DNA from: an uncultured Fidelibacterota bacterium
Lineage (GTDB): Bacteria; Fidelibacterota; Marinisomatia; Marinisomatales; UBA1611
Assembly (NCBI GenBank): GCA_913040915.1
Contig: CAJWHW010000004.1
Coordinates: 3,367-67,366, forward strand
Reading direction: 5' to 3'
Length of the DNA: 64,000 nucleotides
The position numbers and the translations under genes were made by a program. Below, piece after piece: positions 57,819 to 64,000 of the stretch; position 1 is the stretch's first letter, and the number at the start of each line of letters is the position of its first letter. The notes beneath the pieces are model-generated. The model was given only the letters and a program-made list of their open reading frames with translations. It was not told the DNA's origin and did not search any database.

Positions 57819-58913
57819 ATGGCGATTAAAATTTTATATATTTCTCCAGAAAATACAGTTGGAACTCTCACTCTATGGAAATTGGAGCATGAATCCCGTG
57901 GTAATTATTGTCGTACAGTAACATTTTTTAGATCACCAAAAAATTTTAAAGAAGATATTTGTCTTAACCTTCCCTTTAATTTTACAAGAAGGAATATGTC
58001 TTTTCTTCGCAATCAGCTATATAAATATTACAGAGGTGAAGAAGGTTATTTTAAACCAAAAGAAGGTTATCCACCTGCTTGGCGGCCAGAAGGATGGCTT
58101 GATACTATGTTTTTTAAATTTAAAGATTTGTTATGGAAGTCCATTATTAAAAAAGCAATTAAAGATTTTGATCTATATAATTTTGATGTGATTCATTATG
58201 AAAGTGGTTCAGATTTTTTAAAAAATGAATTTTTTGTTAAAGAAATACATCGTAGAGGGAAAAAGATAATCGCCCATTATCATGGAGAAGATTTACGCTC
58301 TAGTGGCGTTATGCCATTTTTGGATTCAGTCTCAAATTTAAATTTAACAAATGAAATAGATTTACTAGATAAACATCCAAATATTAATTATTTATTTTTA
58401 CCATATGATACATCAAAATTTTCAGCTAAAAATAAATTAAGTGATACAATTGTTGTTTCCCATGCCCCTACAAACCGATTCTATAAAGGATCTAATTTTA
58501 TTATTTCAGTTTGTAAAAAATTAGAAAAAGAAGAATTAATTCAATTTGATTTGATCGAAAATCTACCACACTCAGTTACATTAGATAGAAAGTACAAATC
58601 AGATATTTTTATTGATCAAATAGGTGATAGAGGAGGCTGGGGTTATGGGATGAATTCCGTTGAGTCATTATCCATGGGAATTTGCACTCTAACAGAGATA
58701 AATGATCAATGCCATAATTTTATACCTGACCATCCTTTTATAAATATAAACAAATATAATCTAGAAGAAACGTTGAGAAACCTATGCCAAAATAAAGAAG
58801 AGATTATAAAAAAGGCACAGGAGGGCAGGAGGTGGGTCGTTAATCATCATGATATTAAACAAGTTGCTAAAAAACTTTACACTTATTATAGTATGATTGG
58901 ATTGCCAGTTTGA
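57819..58913 (+). CDS. hypothetical protein, possibly GT-B-like glycosyltransferase
   Basis: It is 364 aa. The VSHAPTNRFYKGSNFI segment resembles the C-terminal-domain start of some GT-B/capsule transferases. The call is weak. Confidence 0.35.
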   Translation: MAIKILYISPENTVGTLTLWKLEHESRGNYCRTVTFFRSPKNFKEDICLNLPFNFTRRNMSFLRNQLYKYYRGEEGYFKPKEGYPPAWRPEGWLDTMFFKFKDLLWKSIIKKAIKDFDLYNFDVIHYESGSDFLKNEFFVKEIHRRGKKIIAHYHGEDLRSSGVMPFLDSVSNLNLTNEIDLLDKHPNINYLFLPYDTSKFSAKNKLSDTIVVSHAPTNRFYKGSNFIISVCKKLEKEELIQFDLIENLPHSVTLDRKYKSDIFIDQIGDRGGWGYGMNSVESLSMGICTLTEINDQCHNFIPDHPFININKYNLEETLRNLCQNKEEIIKKAQEGRRWVVNHHDIKQVAKKLYTYYSMIGLPV

Positions 58914-60001
58914 AAGCAACTGTATACAATCCCAAATATATTTTTTGGGCTAAAGTAGTAAGTTTTTTGCTATCACCATTTTATTTTGTTTTGAATTGTA
59001 TTAGGCCATCTTTTTATTTTGATCAAAATAAAATAAAATCTATCTTAGTTTGCGAATACCATCGTATTGGCGATGTGCTATTAATTATACCAGTTCTACA
59101 TTTATTAAGGAAACATTACCCTAAAGCAAAAATAACCTTGTTGTGTTGTTCATCTGCCAAGTTATTAGTGGCAGATCTAAAAGTTGTCGATGAGGTTATT
59201 GAAATTGATGTCCCTTGGACTACATGGAGTTTTTCACCTTTTAAATGGATAAGGGCTCGGTCTTATGCTCGGACCTTAAAAAAGAAAAATTTTGATTTAG
59301 CCATTGATTTTAAAGGTGATTTACGTAATAGCTGGTTTTTATGGCATATAAAAGCCAAAAAGAGTTTAGGATATACCGACACAGGCGGATCTATGTTTTA
59401 TACTCATCCAATAAATCCACCTTATGGTATTCATCAAAGTAGTAGAGCATTGGCATTAATATCCCATCTTGGTCTTGACACTCAATATTCTCCAGATAAG
59501 AAAATTTACTTTCATGATCATGGTTCAATTGTGTTACACCCTGGCGGGTCAGATCCAAAAAGAATGTGGCCAAAAGCAAAATGGGTTAAATTAACTGAAT
59601 TACTCTCGAAGGAGCATACATTAACTATGGTAAAAACCCCAGATTCCAATGCTGTTGTTAAACAAATAATTGAAAAACAATTAAATGTAGATTTCTTTGA
59701 AGACAATTTAGTTCAATTCAAACATTGGCTTGGAGGGCAAAAACTTCTTGTTTGCATCGATTCAATGCCGGGACACTTAGCAGCTTATTTAGGTATTCCG
59801 ACTGTTTCTATTTTTGGTTCTCAAGATCCAAAAATAACACGGCCTCTCGGTAAATTAGTAGAAATTGTCACTCCGGATTTTCCATGTAATCATCAACGCT
59901 CTCATTGGCGATTATGTAACTTGTGTATGGAAACAATAACAGTGGACCAAGTTTTTAAAGCAATAGAAACCTTAATATATAGAGCTGTAAGTAATCAATA
60001 A
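58910..60001 (+). CDS. family 9 glycosyltransferase (heptosyltransferase-like)
   Basis: It has YHRIGDVLL near the N-terminus and ...CIDSMPGHLAAYLGIPTVSIFG..., which are characteristic of GT9. Confidence 0.8.
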   Translation: MKATVYNPKYIFWAKVVSFLLSPFYFVLNCIRPSFYFDQNKIKSILVCEYHRIGDVLLIIPVLHLLRKHYPKAKITLLCCSSAKLLVADLKVVDEVIEIDVPWTTWSFSPFKWIRARSYARTLKKKNFDLAIDFKGDLRNSWFLWHIKAKKSLGYTDTGGSMFYTHPINPPYGIHQSSRALALISHLGLDTQYSPDKKIYFHDHGSIVLHPGGSDPKRMWPKAKWVKLTELLSKEHTLTMVKTPDSNAVVKQIIEKQLNVDFFEDNLVQFKHWLGGQKLLVCIDSMPGHLAAYLGIPTVSIFGSQDPKITRPLGKLVEIVTPDFPCNHQRSHWRLCNLCMETITVDQVFKAIETLIYRAVSNQ

Positions 60002-60159
60002 ATATAAATATTGCCATTATCTTCTTTATTTGTAAATTTAGTAAATAGAAAAGGGATTGCCCTTCAGTTCCACGAATTACAAAGGACAATTCATAAAAAA
60101 AAGAACTTTGATAAGTTATCATTGTTCTGACCAAAGAACCAAACCATGGAGGTATCGGC

Positions 60160-60369
60160 ATGGCTGACTTGAACTCAACCGTACAAAACGCAGCGTCAGG
60201 AATCGTTGGCATTATTAAAGCACTGATTGTGCTATTCGTATTTGTCAACATTGTTTATTCCACACAATTTGACCCAATTGGTGGGATTGTTGACTTGGTA
60301 AACACATTTCTGGATGGTGGTTTTGCCGGTCTGCTAGCTCTGCTGGTTTTTCTCTCGTTTCTGGGATAA
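60160..60369 (+). CDS. small (69 aa) 2-TM membrane protein, paralog A
   Basis: It has a GGAGG RBS upstream, two hydrophobic helices and the C-terminal motif FLDGGFAGLLALLVF. It aligns without gaps to the next ORF. Confidence 0.55.
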   Translation: MADLNSTVQNAASGIVGIIKALIVLFVFVNIVYSTQFDPIGGIVDLVNTFLDGGFAGLLALLVFLSFLG

Positions 60370-60435
60370 ACACACAGGTATTGACACAGGGTCTAATTTA
60401 ATTTTGGGCCCTGTGCCTAATAACAGGAGGAAAAT

Positions 60436-60654
60436 ATGCTGAAAGACGCATTGCAGACCGTTAACGGGTGGCTTGATCAAGTCATTGACTTGCTCAAAAC
60501 TCTCATTATTGTAGGTATTATTGTTGGAATTTTGTTTGATGACTTCTTTGGAGTCATTGCCGGATTGGGTCGAGTTATGGCTCAGTTTGGGGATGCAGGT
60601 TTCGCAGGTATACTTGCTTTGATGATCCTCGTTATGTGGTACGAAAAAAAATAG
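60436..60654 (+). CDS. small (72 aa) 2-TM membrane protein, paralog B
   Basis: It has an AGGAGG RBS at 60425-60430 and the motif FGDAGFAGILALMIL. It is followed by a strong terminator. Confidence 0.55.
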   Translation: MLKDALQTVNGWLDQVIDLLKTLIIVGIIVGILFDDFFGVIAGLGRVMAQFGDAGFAGILALMILVMWYEKK

Positions 60655-60675
60655 AACGAATCTTATGTTCGCTTT

Positions 60676-60710
60676 AGCGCCCTGGTACTTAACTGGGGCG
60701 CTATTATTTT
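60676..60710 (+). terminator. rho-independent terminator after the small-protein pair
   Basis: AGCGCCC (60676-60682) pairs with GGGCGCT (60696-60702). The stem can be extended by inner G-U, G-C and U-A pairs, and it is followed by ATTATTTT. Confidence 0.6.
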
Positions 60711-60974
60711 AGCAAGCCTTAGTAGTACATAAAATAAGTGCTCATAACATAATAGCTGTACTTATTTTCAATATGGTATTTTATCTCTATCCATTATTCA
60801 GAGATTTTAAATCAGGCTATTTGTAAATAATTGAAAACAAAGTTTGGGTGCTTTATTTTCCCCATATGCTAATTTTTCAGGCATAATTATTGATCCGAGC
60901 AATAATTTTTATAATTAATTATAAATTAGTCATTATATTGTTCGGGAACAGTCAGTCAGGATAAATTCAACCTT

Positions 60975-62450
60975 ATGTATTTAAGAATCTTACTCATTTA
61001 TCTGTTCATCTTAAATGTGTTACCGGGTGAAATCCATGTCTTTAATCGTAGCACAGGAAAGGAATCAGAGATCAAAACTCTTCTGGATTCTAAATTATTG
61101 TATATTTCTACAAAAGATCTTTCCAAGTCTCTATCTTCTAAGTTATATGAAAATACAGAAAGAAAGAAGCTAGTATTATACATAGCTGGTCGTAAAATAA
61201 AGATTTCAGGATATACAAGCTATATCATGATAGATGACCAGCCCTATCAAATGCATCAAATAACTAAAGTTAAATCCAATGATCTTTATGTGCCGGCACA
61301 AGAATTTTTAAAAATATTAAAATTAACGGTATTACCAGGGATTAATTTTGATTCGAAAAAAGAATTTTTAGATATTGATATTGTTCGATACAATATTACA
61401 GGTATTCATGTTGATGTAAAATCAAATGGTACAATTATTCGTCTTACAACAAGAAAACCATTTTCTGATAGAAATATTAGTTCATTTATTAATAAACACG
61501 GGTGGTATTATTTAACAGTGGCAGGTGCAATAGTTGACACTACCAATATTAATAATGGTTTAACTAGAGGTGCAGTACGAAAAATTGAATCCGATCAAAT
61601 TGGCGAGACTGCTCAGGTGGCATTCAAATTGGGTACTGAGATAATTAGTCACGAATGGTTCCAAAGCTTAGATCCAAATGAAATTGTAATCACATTAAGA
61701 ACGCCTTTAGGGCAAGTTCAAGATAGAATTGATGATGTGAAGGACAAGTGGCGTTTGGACAGGGTGGTTTTAGATGCTGGTCATGGTGGAAAAGATCCTG
61801 GGGCAATAGGTAAATATGGTACCAAAGAAAAAGATGTTGTTTTAGATATTACCAAACGATTAGGGCGCCTAATTGAAAAGAACACCTCAATTAAAGTTGT
61901 ATATACCCGTGATGAAGATGTGTTTGTCCCTCTGATGGATCGGACTAAAATGGCAAATGATGCCAATGGAAAATTATTTGTTAGCATTCATGCTAACGCA
62001 AACAAAAATAGAAAAATCCAGGGATTTGAAACCTACCTTTTGAGACCAGGGAAAAGCCAAGATGCTATCGAAGTTGCATCAAGAGAAAATTCTGTAATAG
62101 AACTAGAAGACTTTAAGGATCAGTATGCAGATCTGACAGGGGAGAATTTGATAATGGCAACAATGGCTCAAAGTATGTTTATGAAGGAGAGTGAAGATTT
62201 AGCTGCAATTATACAAATGGAATTAGATAAAAGACTTACCACTCCTAACCGTGGCGTTAAACAAGCAGGTTTCTATGTTTTAATTGGCGCATCAATGCCA
62301 AATGCTTTAGTTGAAGTTGGTTTTTTATCTAACCCGCATGAAGAAAAATTATTAAAACAAAGTAAATATAAACAGTCAATTGCAGAGGCTATTTTTGCGG
62401 GTATTAAACATTTTAAATATTCTCGAGAGAAATTATTAGCAGGTGAGTAA
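60975..62450 (+). CDS. N-acetylmuramoyl-L-alanine amidase (Amidase_3, AmiC-like with N-terminal targeting domains)
   Basis: It has VLDAGHGGKDPGA, SIHANA and the GFLSN..E motifs in the C-terminal half, plus an N-terminal signal and AMIN-like beta domain. Confidence 0.9.
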   Translation: MYLRILLIYLFILNVLPGEIHVFNRSTGKESEIKTLLDSKLLYISTKDLSKSLSSKLYENTERKKLVLYIAGRKIKISGYTSYIMIDDQPYQMHQITKVKSNDLYVPAQEFLKILKLTVLPGINFDSKKEFLDIDIVRYNITGIHVDVKSNGTIIRLTTRKPFSDRNISSFINKHGWYYLTVAGAIVDTTNINNGLTRGAVRKIESDQIGETAQVAFKLGTEIISHEWFQSLDPNEIVITLRTPLGQVQDRIDDVKDKWRLDRVVLDAGHGGKDPGAIGKYGTKEKDVVLDITKRLGRLIEKNTSIKVVYTRDEDVFVPLMDRTKMANDANGKLFVSIHANANKNRKIQGFETYLLRPGKSQDAIEVASRENSVIELEDFKDQYADLTGENLIMATMAQSMFMKESEDLAAIIQMELDKRLTTPNRGVKQAGFYVLIGASMPNALVEVGFLSNPHEEKLLKQSKYKQSIAEAIFAGIKHFKYSREKLLAGE

Positions 62451-62452
62451 AG

Positions 62453-63250
62453 ATGGATAACAGGCCTATAGGAGTTTTTGATTCCGGGATTGGCGGTTTA
62501 ACTGTAGTGGAAGCCTTGGCTAATGAATTACCAGATGAATCAATTTTATATGTGGGGGATACGGCTCGAGTGCCATATGGGAATAAAAGCAAAGACCGGA
62601 TTCAGGAGTTTTCAAAACAGATTACTAAATGGCTTATCAGCAGAGATTGTAAAGTAATAGTTGTGGCATGTAATACAGCATCTTCACTTGCTTTGGATTT
62701 TTTAAGATTAAACTTTAATCTGCCAATTATAGGCGTAATCATACCTGGGATACAATCCGCTATAGAAACTACACAGAATAAACATATTGGTGTATTGGGC
62801 ACTATAGGTACAATCAAATCAGATGCTTATGGACAAAGTTTAAAAAAGATTAGTGCTGCAATTACAGTTGTAAGCCAGTCTTGTCCATTATTTGTCCCCT
62901 TAGTAGAAGAGGGCTGGGTACATGGGCATGTACCAAAATCTATTGCAAAAAATTACCTGATGACGATTTTAAACTCCAAGGCTGATACTGTTATCTTGGG
63001 ATGTACACATTATCCATTGTTAAAACCAGTTATAAGCAGCATATTAGGTTCAGATGTAAATCTGGTTGACTCAGGTGAAGCTACTTCTGCAATGGTTAAA
63101 TCTCTTTTAAAAAACAATCAATCACTTGCAGATAAAAGCCCAGGAGAAATTCATTGTTTTGTAACTGATTCTCCTGAAACATTTAAGACTCTTACAGGTA
63201 GATTTATTAAGACGGAAATTTATTCAATTCAGCACATTGACATCACCTGA
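62453..63250 (+). CDS. murI: glutamate racemase
   Basis: It has GVFDSGIGGLTV, ACNTAS and GCTHYP. Confidence 0.95.
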   Translation: MDNRPIGVFDSGIGGLTVVEALANELPDESILYVGDTARVPYGNKSKDRIQEFSKQITKWLISRDCKVIVVACNTASSLALDFLRLNFNLPIIGVIIPGIQSAIETTQNKHIGVLGTIGTIKSDAYGQSLKKISAAITVVSQSCPLFVPLVEEGWVHGHVPKSIAKNYLMTILNSKADTVILGCTHYPLLKPVISSILGSDVNLVDSGEATSAMVKSLLKNNQSLADKSPGEIHCFVTDSPETFKTLTGRFIKTEIYSIQHIDIT

Positions 63251-64000
63251 GTTCTCATATCTATTAAATTCCCTATTTAATCTTCAGCGACACGGGCTAA
63301 AGCTGGGTTTAGAACATACATTCCAATTATTGGATTCAATCGGAAATCCTCAAAAAAAATTAGATATGATTCATGTCGCGGGGACTAATGGAAAAGGATC
63401 GACCTGTGCTCAAATTTCAAGTATTCTATCAACTGTAGGATATAAAGTTGGATTGTACTCATCTCCCCATTTGATAAATTTTAATGAAAGGATACGGGTA
63501 AATGGGTACCCGATTTCAGATAAAGAAATTGCTGTATTTATGCAAAATATTGAACCAGTAATCAATCAGTTACAATCCACATTTTTTGAAGTAACGACTG
63601 CAATGGCATTACACTATTTTAGACAGCAAAGGGTTGATATTGCAATTATTGAAACAGGCTTGGGAGGCCGATTGGATTCTACCAATGTTATTGTTCCTTC
63701 GATAACAGTCATAACCCATATTTCAATGGATCATATGGATATTTTAGGAGAAGACCTGGAAAACATTGCATCTGAAAAAGCAGGTATAATTAAAAAAGGG
63801 AAACCATTAGTAATAGCAAATCAAAACCCAATTGTAAAAAAAATTCTAATTGAAACGGCTAAAGAAAAGAATGCACCAGTTGTTGAACTAGGTCAAATTT
63901 CTAAGGTAATCCCTAACATCAATGGGACACAATTTACATATGATAATGAAAGATTTTTTACTCCCTTAATAGGTAACCATCAAGCTTTAAATGGGGCATT
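63237..64000 (+). CDS. folC: folylpolyglutamate synthase / dihydrofolate synthase (3' partial, runs off window end)
   Basis: My own translation of the open frame gives ...GLKLGLEHTFQLLDSIGNPQKKLDMIHVAGTNGKGST...ETGLGGRLDSTN...SEKAGIIKKG. TTG 63237 is the only canonical start between the in-frame stop at 63162 and the conserved N-terminal region, so the start is uncertain. Confidence 0.85.
   Translation, partial: MTSPEFSYLLNSLFNLQRHGLKLGLEHTFQLLDSIGNPQKKLDMIHVAGTNGKGSTCAQISSILSTVGYKVGLYSSPHLINFNERIRVNGYPISDKEIAVFMQNIEPVINQLQSTFFEVTTAMALHYFRQQRVDIAIIETGLGGRLDSTNVIVPSITVITHISMDHMDILGEDLENIASEKAGIIKKGKPLVIANQNPIVKKILIETAKEKNAPVVELGQISKVIPNINGTQFTYDNERFFTPLIGNHQALNGA

Overview
This is an AT-rich window (roughly one-third GC by eye) that is densely coding. 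It appears to come from a diderm, probably uncultivated marine bacterium. The envelope inference rests on an outer-membrane beta-barrel ending in Phe, a GT9 heptosyltransferase and an OmpA-like MotB. I saw no rRNA, tRNA, CRISPR array, transposase, integrase or phage genes. Layout: (1) 1-12 kb holds a phosphate-acquisition supercluster: PhoX-like phosphatase, PPK2, Nudix, PhoB/PhoR, PstSCAB-PhoU, a porin, and a PhoU-like protein with a Na/Pi cotransporter. (2) 12-30 kb holds two minus-strand purine de novo operons, [FGGY kinase]-purD-purN-purH and purA-purL-purM-[esterase]-purQ(S)-purC-purE-purB-purF-[cupin], flanking a plus-strand Na+/solute symporter. (3) 30-45 kb holds mixed accessory genes: an iodotyrosine-deiodinase-like flavoprotein, a beta-helix/diheme cytochrome pair, an EndoV-like protein, an ArsC-family gene, EEP, M23, an AroQ-like protein, GT2, MgtE and CPBP. 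(4) 45-52 kb is housekeeping: proS, recO, rhomboid, motAB, ftsB, eno. (5) 52-60 kb is a glycan cluster with two sulfotransferases. (6) 60.1-60.7 kb holds two small paralogous membrane proteins. (7) 61-64 kb holds amidase-murI-folC. The observations I rate highest are these. An ArsC-family reductase has an in-frame UGA exactly at the catalytic-Cys codon, followed by a GC-rich hairpin, which predicts a selenoprotein. A CTAAY direct repeat with strict 11-bp phasing recurs upstream of three separate phosphate operons and is a candidate Pho box. PurQ is fused to two PurS-like repeats, and a class II (PAICS-like) PurE is present. An EndoV homolog and an AroQ homolog both carry substituted catalytic residues. 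The glycan locus encodes sulfation enzymes. A GC-shifted tandem pair of uncharacterised 2-TM mini-proteins sits between strong hairpins. All protein assignments come from motif recognition by eye. No database search was run.
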